Positions 38,270-50,770 of a stretch of DNA of 64,000 nt are shown here, in pieces (the first letter of the stretch is position 1; every line of letters begins with the position of its first letter). The stretch is from Podarcis vaucheri (Eukaryota): NCBI GenBank assembly GCA_965113315.1, contig OZ220372.1; one strand, written 5' to 3'. The translations under genes and the position numbers were made by a program. Below the pieces are notes generated by a model. The model saw only the letters and a program-made list of their open reading frames with translations, searched no databases and had not been told where the DNA came from.

Positions 38270-38494
38270 CATTGAAAATTCATGACGGGGAGGGGGGGCG
38301 TAGAGAAAGAGGCGAGCGAGAGGGGAAGGCGGGGCAAGGGGGCGGGGCTGGCGGCGGCTGTCCCAGAGCGCGAGCTGGGCTCCGTCAATCAGAACAATGC
38401 CTTCTCCGCGGTCGCCTGAGGAGCGGAGCTGAGGCGCACACAAGCGAGCGGGAGCGCTGGCCGCCGGGCAAAGGGGGCTCGCCGCTTGGCGGTC

Positions 38495-38529
38495 GCTGCT
38501 GCTGCTGCTCTGAGGCGGAGGGGAGCCGC

Positions 38530-38560
<31 letters not shown>
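38495..38560 (+). repeat. (GCT)5 and (GCT)10 trinucleotide repeats in the putative DOCK4 5' UTR
   Basis: Pure repeats at 38495-38509 and 38531-38560. Confidence 0.95.
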
Positions 38561-38562
<2 letters not shown>

Positions 38563-38613
38563 TGTTATTGTTTGGCCAAGAGGGACCGAGAGCCGCCTTG
38601 CACTCTTTGGAGC

Positions 38614-38650
38614 ATGTGGATTCCCACCGAGCACGAGAAATACGGAGTGG
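38614..38650 (+). CDS. DOCK4: DOCK4 coding exon 1 (MWIPTEHEKYGV+G); exon 2 not recognised in the window
   Basis: ATGTGGATTCCCACCGAGCACGAGAAATACGGAGTGG|gtgagt: 37 nt, matches recalled DOCK4 N-terminus; known ZNF277/DOCK4 head-to-head synteny. Confidence 0.93.
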
Positions 38651-39651
38651 GTGAGTGAAGAGAGCTCCCCTCCAGAGACCTCCTTTGGCGCCCTTCGGCT
38701 TGTCCTCGCTTTGCCCTCCCCGAGTCTTGCTTGCTGCTCCGAAGGGGGCGAGTCGGGAGAGGAGAAGGCGAGGCACCCTCCGCGCACCCTTTTGCTCCCT
38801 CCAACCTTGATCTTGGCAATTCGTGCATCGGTCTGTTTACTTTCCAGTCGGATGCTGCTGTTCGGTGTGAGCGAAAGACCCATCATTGCATGAGATCCAT
38901 TCTCTTCCCGTTCCTCATCCTTCAACATATCACACACACGCCACACAGAAAAAAGTGTCTTTTTGTGGTTTTGAAAATGTGGAGCAAAGGGGGCGGGGAA
39001 GGATTGGATCTCTATCTTATTATTAAAACATAATAATTGGCGACCATTGCTTGTAAGAAGAGTAAGTGGCTTCTTTAAAGAGTCTGGATGCAACGCGATA
39101 TCCAAACAATGTATCCAATTAAGCAAGCAACATCGTTAAAAAAGAGGGGGGGGGGTGTTCCTCGGTCCTCTCGGCGTCCTGGATAAAAAAGAAAAGCAGA
39201 CTAAGCAAGCTCTCGATTGTGCGAAAATGTGTATTTTGGCATAGGATTTAAAGACAGGCTAAAAACTGCTGCCATCTTTCGTGTAGATTGCGAGAGGCAC
39301 CAGTGCGCGGCTGAATGTGATGTTGTGTGTGTGTGTGTTGGGGTTGGCCGAGGAGTGTTTTTGTTTTAATCTGGATAGTAACCTACTTCCAGTAGTGGTG
39401 TTTTTGTTCTCGGCTTTAATGGAGTACAAAAGTGTTTGGATTGCCCAAGGAAACAGACAGGGTGGTGTATTGTCAGTTAGGGAACTTGCGATCCTGTTGG
39501 AGGAGGAAAGGCTGCTTCCATCCTCTCTTACAAAAGGTGAACAACAAAGGACGTTAGATGTTGACTGATGAATGTGGAATTTCGCATCTTTCCCTTCACC
39601 CCGCCTCCCAACAGCGGCATGTAGGTTTTCTTCTGATTTTCCTCTCTCCTT

Positions 39652-39683
<32 letters not shown>

Positions 39684-41430
39684 GCCTCAACTGACTATTT
39701 AAAGCTCGCATTTTCTCTCTCCTTCGTCACTTACACCAGATTCTTCTGATACTACTTGGGGCTATTAATTTCAGCCAGACATATAGCAAGCTTTCCTTTT
39801 TAAAGAAAACTAATGTTAAGCCTGCGATATTAATTATTTCGTACATTGTGCCTCATTTTAAATTTACTTTCTAAATGATGTGAACATCAAGGATATCTTC
39901 CGTGCTCTGGGTTTTGTATAGCAGTTGCCAATGGGCGATGGGGTTATTTTGCCCACCTCTGCTTTGGAGATGAGATTGCAGGGTCTCTTCAGCTGATAGA
40001 CAAAGTGATGAAGAATTGCTTATTGTTTTGTTTCGTAGTTGCTGACTAGTTCACCCCAATAGCAGCTGCTTTGATTGGCTTTACAGGTGAAGGGCATGGC
40101 AAGAATGTTGCTCGCTCTGGTCTTGAGATATGCCTGCATGCTAAATTGCAGGTGTAACGAAAAATCCAGCTGGAATGCCAAGACTTTCTGTATATGTGTG
40201 TGAGAGATCTCTCTGCATTTAACCATGAGCACGGGAGCCAGAACGCATGCCATGCAACTGCTCCATTTGGAAATGATCCCAGATGCTGCTCTATGACCCA
40301 AATGTTAAATTATACAGATCATTGATGGGATTTATTTTCTTGACTTCTTTATGTACCCAGTCACAGTTGGGCTGCTGGATATTGATTAGTCCTCCCATTG
40401 ATCTTTGCGGGGAAAATACACACACTGAGCTATGCACATGGATTGAAAAGCCACTTTGGTATTTCCTGGAATGGCATGTGGGATATTATTGGTCAAGTAT
40501 TTCAAGCTATAACATTTGCTTGCATTTTTTTAACACTTTGAAAGGGCCCCCCCCCCCAAACAACTGAAACAGATTTTCCATACACGAAGAACAATCTGAC
40601 AGCTACAGTTTATTTCATGGGAAAGAACACAAACACACACACACACACACACTTGCAATCTGAATTGCCAACCTAGAGTTGCTGGACCATAACATTTTCA
40701 TTGAAAGATGTCTCTCCCTAGCGAACTTCGTATTGTGCTCTGGTTGCTTCCTCTCTGTCGAAGTGGAAAAGGTGTGACAGTGTGGCTCAGCTATTTTTCT
40801 TGTGATCTCAGGGGAAATTCAACATACCCTTTCCTGAAGAAAAAAACCAACCCTTTGAACTTGCCCTTTCCTGATCTAAATATTTGGTTCTCTTTCTTGA
40901 ATTGCTTTCAGCATATGCCACTGTGCTACACGGAGAATGCACCAGGCAATTGTCACTGGCTGAGTGGAGTACACGTGCTGGCTTATGAATGGCTTCAATG
41001 TTGAGTCAGTGATCGCTTTGGTGTATTGCCTGAACATTTGCCAGAAAGAGGCCTTAGGCACCTCTTCATTAGCGCAGTTAGTCACCAGACAGGCAGCTGG
41101 CTTTTCTTTCATCACCTTAAAAATGAATTGCTGTTGAAGCAAACCCATAAGAATCCTGAGATGTGAAGAGCAGCAAGTGCAGGGAAATGATAAAATGTGT
41201 GTGATGGGAAGTACTGTTAACTCCCTTATTACATGCAAACCTAAGAGCTGTATTTTATTTTATTAATAAGAAGGGTTCATGATTTTCAGTAGGCTTTTGC
41301 TGCCTGCTTGGTGTACAGCCCGATACTGTGCATGTTTGCTCAGAAGTAATGTCCTCCTGAGTGCTGTGGGACTTCTTCCCAAATAGTAAGCATTAGACAG
41401 CAGCTTCCAAGATGAAGTTCCTCCCAGCCT

Positions 41431-41556
41431 TTCTCAACCTGTGGGTCCCCAGAGGTTGTTGAACTACAACTCCCATCACCCCTAGCTAGCAAGGCCAGAG
41501 CTTAGGGATGATGGGAGTTGTAGTCCAACAACATCCAGGGACCCACAGGTTGAGAA
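41431..41556. mobile_element. Short palindromic MITE (ACTACAACTCCCA family)
   Basis: Long inverted arms ttctcaacctgtgggtccc...actacaactcccatca / tgatgggagttgtagt...gggacccacaggttgagaa; relatives at ~1847-2235 and ~60515-60643. Confidence 0.75.
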
Positions 41557-44420
41557 CATAAGAGTGCATATGGCAGCCGTGCAGCCTGGCTTAAATATGT
41601 GTTTAAGTAACTCTGCCTAGAATTACAGCCCTAATACTATATATATTCATACCAAAGCCCCAGTGTGTTCAATGGGTCTTAATTCCAAAAAAGCACGTAC
41701 TGGTATATAGATTCAGCCTTACGTTGCAATGCTAAACTCATTCACTAGGAGTAAATTCCTTTGAACACACTGGGACATACCTATGAGTAAACATATGATT
41801 TCTCTATTACTGTGTATGTAACTATGAGCCCCCCTGCCCAAATTATGACCAATTTGTTTTCAGTCCAACTTTCTCCCAGGTAAATAAGAATTGTCATTAA
41901 GTTTGCTATTCTACGCACACTTACCTGCAAATGAGCAACATTGACCATAAACATGCGTTCAGTTTGGCTATTATTTTTCAACCTAACAATTTTATTACAA
42001 TGATGTACTGAGGCCTTTTAAGGTTCCTGCAGCCCAGTTAGAGCTTACCTACATCAAACACCATCATTTGAATTTTGCATGTCCAAGGGGGCTAATGCTA
42101 TAGAGTTGTTGCACTTTAGTATGTATTGAGCTTAATCCCTTCCCCCCATGATTCTGCTCAGTGTGTCTGGTATGGAACTCAGCCCATGAAAGATGTCCAT
42201 AAAATTAATCTGGAAGCTGTAATTTTTTGGGAGATATTTAATTCTCCTTCAGCTCACACCAATCTCAATTCATTTCTTGAATATATCAACAAACTGAAAG
42301 TTGACATGAGTTCCATTGTTAACTTGATTTCAAGAGAACCTGTTTAAAGTTCTCCTATTAATCTAATTTTAACATGGAACATGGCCAGTGAACATTTTGC
42401 AGAGTTATTTTTCATGGCTTTTGACTGAAAGTCAACTAGCCAAGCCTGAAATGTATGGGCGAAACAAGTGTGGAATGTGTTCTTCCTGAAATTAACATTG
42501 GAGGCACCTGGTTGTATCTGGGGAAGAATTTGGAGCTGGCCAATGTGAAATCAATGTCATTTTAATTTACTTTTCACATTGTTTGATTAGTTCAATGGGT
42601 TGCTCTTTTACCTGAGGTGAGGTAGCTAAGATAATGGCCTGGGGCCTCATTTAATAATTTTGGTTTTGATTTTAAGCACCATAGGCACAGACGGTGGGAA
42701 AAGCTGGATTTTGTTGTGGAAGCAGAAGGCGAAACCTTGGCTGGCTGGATATAGCTTATGAGCTGTTCAGCCTATGAGCTGTGCATGGCCTTCTCTTAGA
42801 TTAGAGGATTAAGTTGTTATCTATTAAAAGTGATGAGAGACTCATCTGTCTCTGCTTATTTTGCCAAGTGGAAGTGATATCTCCCAAATTCCCTTGGACT
42901 TCAGCTGATCCAGAATTTTGCTTCATGTTTTAATGCACTGAAATTTAAATACAGCTGGTTGTGTTACTTATTCAGTATAGAAGTCCCAGTTATTGAAGAA
43001 TCTCAAGAAAAAGTACCCATGGCCACAGGTCGGCTGGGTCACTTGTTTTGCTCATTACAGAAGAGGAAAACTATGGGAAAGACAATTGCAAAGGAGAGAA
43101 CCTTCCCATCATAGGATGTTTACACCTCATCCCTTTTCTAAACAGGCCTTTTTCCTGTTTACACAGACCCTGTCTTTGAAAGTGCAAATTGAAAGACTCT
43201 TGGTTCATTTTTTGCTGTTGTGCAGTTGTTTTCTTGATTTTTGAAGTGTAATCTTTTGCCAGTAGTGATAATTTTTGGTGCTCTCAAAACCTGACAGTTT
43301 CATGTTACTTCCTAGGTGGCTTTAAGCAAAACAAAATATGCAGTTTTACTTGCAAATACGTACGGTTAAAATCATCTGACACCAACAAAAATATATAGAT
43401 ATGATGATATGGATAGAAGTTATTTCAGTGGCGGGGGAAATTGTTCTGTATCAAACTCTCCTTTGGTTCATATTGTCCAGGTTCCCAACTGGGAACTCGT
43501 GTAACATGTGTGTAAAGTATTTAAAGTTTTCAATGAAACTTCTGGTGAGATCATAAAAAAGGAAGTTATTCCAATGGAAGGAAGAAGGTTTATACATCTT
43601 ATGGTGTTATTGCAATTCAGGTAAAAAGTACCATATAAAAAGTGACTAACATCTCTTCTCTCTGTTGATGGTGAAATCATATACTGAAAATATGCAAAAT
43701 AGTTTACTTATAGGAAGGAAAGTGCACATGGAACCAAATTTGATATAAAATCTGATCTCCTCAAGAAATGGAGCGGTATTATACTAAGTAATGAAAAAAT
43801 ATGACCCTGACAATATGATAGCATAGCACATGTAACATGAACTGTTCAGTTTTATTACATTATGCAAATGAGTCTTAATATCTGATAAAACCTTTATGAT
43901 GGGGGAGGGGGATGGCAGGCAGCCTTGCAATAAGGGCAGTTCTGTGCTTTTAAAACGAGTACTCAGGACTTAACAGAAGAGTTAATTTGCAGGGTTTTAA
44001 CAGATTGTGTTACACACAGTCACTATGTATTAAGGTGATCATTATTATGGTGAGTGGTTCTGTACCTACCCTCTGCTGCTGTTCATGGCACAGGAGTGAA
44101 AGCACTGTCAGGGGCTCCCATTTTGCTTCTTCCATTTTTTGTAACAGTTATGCAGCCCAGAAGTCAGTTAATTACATGAAATTTGCTTTAGACTTGAAAG
44201 GTTGGCAGATCAAGTAGCATCCATTCCGTGTGTGAAGATTTATAAAACCATATAGAATAATCATTTCTTTTCACCAGAACATAGCTGGAGTCCTCAAATC
44301 TCAATGTTGAACAGAAACGTACATAATTTAAGTTTTTAATTTAAGAGTCAGAAGTTGAAGCGATGCCCAAGGTAACACTTGAACATTTGCATGTAACATT
44401 TTTTTTATTCAGAGAGTTGA

Positions 44421-44971
44421 TGTCATGGACTGGCTGGATGCAGAGGACTGGTGGGAGGCACACCTGCTGGGAAACCCCCAAGGCAACCCCCAGGAGAAGA
44501 AGGCCAGAGCCAGGGGATTGGTGGTGGGATGACGATGAGTGGTCAGAGGGAGAAGAGGATGGGGGTGGGGTAGGTGTCAGAAGCTGAAGAGGTAACAACG
44601 TTTAGTGAGCAGGAAGAAGATGTGCAAGAGAGAAGTCCAGAATCTGAAGCTGAAACAAGAGAGGAGAGAGGCAGAGAGGAGGGTGGCTGGTGAAGAGGCA
44701 TTGGTATCTCCCCATCCTGCTGAGACCAGTTCCCCTCCCCTCTGGTCTCCCAGAACCAGAAGCGGTATGAAGAGGGTGGAGCAAGTACAGATGCATTAAC
44801 AGAGTCTCAGATTGCTTGGGAAGGACTTGAGGGATGAGGAAAGCTGTGGGAAGGTGGGAACCTTCAGTTCTCACAGCTACCTCATTGGTGTAATATCTAC
44901 CATGAAAAGTTGTTGTGCTTCACTAACACTGTGAGTTATTGCTGACCTCCTTCTGGCACCTGACCCTGACA
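44421..44971 (+). mobile_element. Probable gypsy-type solo LTR (second family)
   Basis: TGTCA...TGACA termini; shares motifs (aacccccagg, tggtggtggg, tggtctcc.agaac, gctgacct) with 32632-33186 in reverse; no clear TSD. Confidence 0.5.
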
Positions 44972-46997
44972 CTCACCATGTGGACTTCTGCATTATCAAT
45001 TGGACAGAATCATTTTCTGTAAGGGGCCATCCATGTAGCTTATGCTCTAATCCTGAAAATATGCTTCTTTTTCATGTTGTCGTAACTAGGCATCTTATAA
45101 CAAGAAGCAACTTATCTAGCATCTATTCCTCCATAAAGCTGGTTCATACATTCATGGGATGCTACTTGGTGTCTCCCCACTTGGTGACTTGCAGATGAAT
45201 GCATGAACATCTTCACGGAAAAGCTTGCTCCTTCTCTAGAGTTGATGTTAAGCAAGTCAGCAAGGGGACATAGCAAAGGGAAGGAAGGAATGGGTGACAC
45301 AAGGGATATGTGGAGCTAATAAATGCATATGCATGCCACAAGTTATCTTATCAACCTTCTGTGAGATTTCACTGAGCCCAAACAGAAACAAAACTATCAC
45401 CCAGAGAGAATATAGGCTTGTTCGCAGGTTACACTGAACACAGGTACAAGCTGTCTGTACACCTGTATCTAAAAGGTGTTTGTATGAAAGAGTGTATGCC
45501 TGTTTGTTTTTATAGTTCAGCTCAGGTGGTGCCCTCTTGGTAGCTCCACTACCCTTGCAAGCATGGGAGAGGGCTTCCAAAATGTGGCACTTAACATCAG
45601 ACATGTGTAATTCATCTTCAGGTCATTTGCTGAAGATTCACCTCTTTACCATGCCCATTGACTGTTTAGATCTGTGTGATTTCTGTGATACCACCTCTAT
45701 AGTCTGATGTCTATCCCTCAGTTAAATTGTTCTGTTGGATTTTAATATTGTATGCTTATATGGCTATAATCTGCCCTGGGACCTTGCGGTGAAAGGCAGA
45801 GAAGGGAATCTCCTAAATAAATAAATGTGTTTCATACAGAGACAGCACACTTGTTTAACATTACATATTAATTGTGTTGAGCGCACAGCTGAACTATTTG
45901 TGTGCATATATACTCATTGGATTAAATCCCTTATAGGAAGAACCTATTCCCATGTACCATAGTAGCACAATGGCAAGGAGTTGAAATATTCTGCTCTGTC
46001 TGTGTGGCAGACAGTTATAGTTGCCTGATTTAAAGTTTGTTCAGTGCACCAACACTAAAACGTTTGCCCTTGGTGGGTGCTGGCATGAAAGACCAAAGAA
46101 TCTTTAATCACTTGAAACAGTTGAGCACTTTCAATTTACATACGATGTAAAAGCTACAGGGCAGTGCTCTTTTCTCAGTATGTCACTGTCTCATTAGAAA
46201 GAGTTTCCTTTTGAAGGTCTACTGGGTGCATATACCTTCAGTGTAGCAAGAAGATAGAGTCCAGGAAACAAAATACCTCAAGGTAGTATGTCAATGTTCC
46301 TTTTTTTTTAACCTGTCTTTATATTACCCAGTCAGGTATAATTACGGTTTTTTCAGAGTTGCCACTTCAAATTAGCATGCGTATCCCTGACCTGCTACTA
46401 TCTTCTCTGTTAACTGTATCACTAGCACGCCACTTCTGTTTGTGGAATGCAGAAAGATATGGTTATGCCATATTCCTTCAGAACTGAATTTGCAAGAGGT
46501 GATGAACCAGCGATGAATATACCACTTATGATCATCTTTCACTAGGTGGACCAATGTGGCTTTAGTTAGTTCCCAAAAAGTTGAACAGCCTTTTTCCATA
46601 TGTAGAAAATGGACATTTCCGCGTGAACTATGTTCCACTTTACATGCTGTTATTTTCTCCTGGTTTGTGCAGAGCACAGTACAAGCATTAAATCATACTG
46701 TGTACCCCACTCTTCAAAGCCACTTAGTGTTCCCAGTATATCTTATGCAAGGTGATTGTGTGGCACTTCTCCAAATAGGAAAAACAAACAAAGACATATC
46801 ATCCATGGTTAACTTGTGCCCTGTTGCATGCAGTGTTAGAAACTGAGATACGAAAGCTAGGAGCTAAATGGCACCTTAAACCTAGGTTATGGGCACAACA
46901 ACAGAATGTCTAGGTGCACTTTTTATAACAAGAATACAAAGTCGATAATGAAGGTACTGCAGCTAAAATTCATGTTCATTTTTCACATGGTCTAGTC

Positions 46998-47331
46998 CAG
47001 GGGTCTGCAACCTTTAAGACAAAAAGAGCCACTTGGACCCGTTTCCGAAGGAAAAAAAAACACCTGGGAGCCGCAAAACCATTGCGACATTTAAAGCATG
47101 CACGCCGCTGCCCTCCGATCTGACAGCGGGCGGGAAGGTGACGTTGGGACGGTGCGTGACTAACGCACACACCGCCCCCATGCAACATCACAGCCAGTAC
47201 AGCGCCCACCACAGTGGGGAGTGTCGGGGCGCACAATGTGCCTCCTCCCCTCGCTAGTATCCGCCCCGGAGCCGTGGCAAAGGTGTAAAAGAGCCGCCTG
47301 CGGCTCCAGAGCCGCAGGTTGCAGACCCCTG
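46998..47331. mobile_element. hAT (Charlie-like) non-autonomous element
   Basis: Perfect 16-bp TIR CAGGGGTCTGCAACCT, 8-bp TSD GTCTAGTC, CpG-rich interior. Confidence 0.92.
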
Positions 47332-47827
47332 GTCTAGTCCTTCCCCTGCCCACTACCCTAATGTTCTTAAGAAGGTCTCTTCTTCAGTCTTCAGATAGTA
47401 GCTGGAAGTGGGGAGGCAGAAAAAGGTCCTCCTTTCCTTCCGCTCTACAGTTTTAATCTGAAATTTTAGGCGCAGTAGTGCGCCCACAACTCAGAAACTT
47501 CTTGTGCTAATGAAAGTCTCTGTTGCAAAATGTGCCTAGAACAATGGGAGTTTTGAACACTGGTTGCATGCTTACCTAATACATTGTTTACAGTAATGGT
47601 CATTTGTTGTATAGAACTTGTGACCTGGCCACATAAATTCAAAGGTCCTCTTGAAGGGAGAAATCACATATTGATTGTCTCAAACTACTTGGCCCTTCTT
47701 CCTAAAACAGCATTCAGTGTCCTGCTCTTGCACAAGCTATGGCTAAAACCAGTCTTGTTTGACTTCAGAAAGCTATGCCATGCAGACACTCAGTGGGCCC
47801 TGAGACAAGTCTGGGTGGTGCATTCTG

Positions 47828-47935
47828 ATGATGATGATGATGATGATGATGATATATGCCCCACCCATCTGGCTGGGTTTCCCCAGCCACTCTGGGCAGC
47901 TTACAACATATCTAAGACTTCCCTAAACAGACTTT
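47828..47935 (-). repeat. (GAT)n microsatellite attached to a short L2 3' tail
   Basis: GAT run followed by cccacccatctggctggg, as in the L2 tail at 24358-24375. Confidence 0.6.
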
Positions 47936-49816
47936 CTAGTTTCCAGGCTGCCTGTAACATTAGGCAGAGTGAGGTAGCTACCACAGGCAGCAGAAACTGG
48001 AGTGTGGGGAGGACACACACAGTCAAGGTGAAGTGCTGGAGGACAGAGCAGGGTTGGCCTTTCCCACACTCCACACCACCCAATTCAAATTCAGTGGAAG
48101 CTGCTGTCCAGCCTGCAGTGTGAAAATTTCAACAACAATCTTTATTACGGTCTAGAGACCCAACAAATCGTTACAAAGCAATACATAATTCATACAGCCT
48201 ACCTCCAGGTTAAACAAGCATTTTGTTCAGAATATAGGGATCATTGGTTCTTGCAACCACCGATAAGAACTTTGCCACTGCTAATGTTCTAGCATTTGTC
48301 CGGTGAAAATAAGATTCAGCTGCCAGTCCAGTCGGCTACTATGTGGACTAGGGGTGGAGGAGGGGGCCTCAGGCCGAAAAGTGTCTTGGGCTAGAAATGC
48401 CCACACCACTTTTTGTTGGATGTATTTCAGAGTGCCCACAGTAGGAGAAGAAAGGAGAGAAACTGAGCCAATGCATTGAGGTGGGGATGGGGAGAACAAG
48501 CCATAATATTGTTCTCAAATCTCCCAAGCCTGCTTCCCACCCAAGGGAAGGAACTGCCCATATCCTAATAGTAGTCTGCATGGTGGTGGTTGTTTTAAAA
48601 ACACTTCACCTTTTAAGAGACTAATTTCAGAAAGTCTAACTGTGCAAGTGGGTTGTGCAGAGCAGAGAAGTGGTTGGAAACACTCCTTAATTGTTTCTTG
48701 CGTGGCTTAGTGGATATTTGGATGTAGAAAGCTGGAGATGCAGGGTATCATTGGGAATTATCCCTGTGACACAGCCTGTAATTTGCCCTTCTTTTTCCCC
48801 TAAACAAACAGATGCAAGAGTCCATCTTTAGTCTTTCCCTGTCTTATGGTAGTCAAGAGTTATTTGCAGATGTGTTGGTAAAGATCATGGTAATGACTCA
48901 CAGTTGCAATGCCCTCCCTCCCTCTTCCTCCTTCCTTGACAACACAAAACAATTTCCCCCTCCAAACTCAGCAAACCTGAGAGATGAATTTTGGTTCTTT
49001 ATGGATGGGTTGATATTTGCTTCATGGAAGGCAACTTTTGTTTTCTTACTTGAAAAGAAGGCTGTGAACAACACTGCTGGCTTAAACACACAGCTAGGTT
49101 GTTCTTGTTCTCGATTTGGATTGAAGTTGGTTTGGGGAAAATGCATCAATATTTCATATGAAATATGGATAGTAGTTAACGTCATGTGTACCCTTGCTTC
49201 CCAAGCCAGTATTTGGAGTGCACTGAATGCAGAGTAATTTGGAGTGTGTATACAAAGTGCAAGATGCTATCATTGATTAAGACCTGGAAAAATATGAACT
49301 TTGTTGAACTCCATTCCTCTTGCTGATGGAGGTGACAGTATCTCAGGTGCAAATGTAAAACCAGCATTGTGGTCAATGTGTAACGATGTGGGTATACTAT
49401 CTAAGCAGAGGATGGGTGTTTGATATACGATGAGATATTAACAATGGTTCAGTGTTACATTTACCTCCTGAAGAAACGTATGCATTCAGTGTAAGTTGAA
49501 TGTAAAATAGTGGCTCTGGAAAACAGTGATTAAAAGCAGGATATGAGACCCCCCCCCCACCGTTACACTTTTTATCTCAGTGAAAGATTGACTTTTCTTT
49601 CATTAAGATAATCATAAACCGGTTCTGCCACCACCATCAGCAAGAGTGGGTAGAAATCACAGCCAGTTTTGCTATAAATTAGAAGAAAAGGCAATACCTT
49701 TTAAATGAAGCTTACTTGTGGCAGTTGGTCTTTGTGAAAGATAAATAATGACAACTAATGCTGTACTGCCGTTCTTACAATTTCAGAATTCTCTTAGGTG
49801 ATAGTAGTAAACCTAG

Positions 49817-50770
49817 TGTAGCACCCTGCTCGTGGTTAACGCTTAGCTGGAATGAAATATTCAACGCAGCAATAGAGAAATTAAAATAATAATTTATTTG
49901 TCAGACAAATAAATGATAGGCATAGTGGTATATGGTTACCAAAGCTCTGCCCACTCCAGCCCTAATGGCCAGCACTTATATTTCCTCAGCCCAGCCCCCT
50001 TGCTGCTCCTTTGGCTGCCTCTGTCCAATCAGCCTGGTTGAAATTCCTATTGGCTGTTTGCTAGAACCAATCATAAAAGATACACCCATTTCCTATTACC
50101 TTTTATGGGAGACAAAGAGCTATATTTCCTTCTATCCATAAATGGCAGACAAGTAGCCATAATCTTACATTTGCCTCGACAAGGCACCTTAATTACCAGA
50201 TCACCTTTTGCCCCTGTTGCCCCTGCATTCCAAAACAAATGGCTAAAACAGATGGCTCATGGTCTTACATTCTATCTAAACAGAGATCTTGGGTTCACAT
50301 TCTCACACACCATCAATGAAATAAGAATCTAAAATAAGAATCTAACATTTCTTACTTTCTAAATCCTTTGCATAATTACATTAAGCCAATAAATCTCATA
50401 CATAACATAGATAGCTTTTTAGAAGAAAAAGCCTTTGCAAAGAAAAAAAGGAACTCAGTAAAAGCAGCTTCAAAAGAAGCCTCTTCAGTTTACACCAACT
50501 CTTAATTAGTGTTTTTGCAGCTTGATTGTATTCTGTAATATGTAGGGTCAGTATAACCTTTGCTCCCAGCCTGTAATTCCCTTTTACAACTTTGAGAAAT
50601 TTGTCTCCTGTTACTGCTATAAATCAGGGGGGCCCTTGTCCAGGAGAGCAGGAAGATAAACACTGCCAGAGTACTTAGCCAGCTGCTTTCTGCCTGGCAT
50701 GAAACATACAAACATTTGCAAATATATGTTTAAGCTCATTTTAAAATACAGGCCTTGATCAGATGCCACA
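49817..50770 (-). mobile_element. Solo LTR, same family, copy B
   Basis: TGTAGCA...TGCCACA termini, 4-bp TSD CTAG; first ~100 bp nearly identical to copy A. Confidence 0.82.

Larger units (their letters stand above)
37930..38830. promoter_or_regulatory. CpG island / bidirectional promoter of ZNF277 and DOCK4
   Basis: Sharp rise in GC and CpG; start codons diverge ~570 bp apart; CCAAT 38120-38124, GC boxes 38151-38157 and 38340-38347, ETS-type TTCCGGAA 38241-38248. Confidence 0.9.

Noticed and set aside
37683-39126. Several overlapping long ORFs (poly-Ala, poly-Ser) across the promoter
   Set aside because: Explained by stop-poor GC-rich CpG island and GCT repeats; only the DOCK4-in-frame ORF is kept as a finding
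3857-50770. One giant LTR element bounded by the two similar LTRs
   Set aside because: Each LTR has its own TSD (TTAA, CTAG), lengths differ, and host exons lie between
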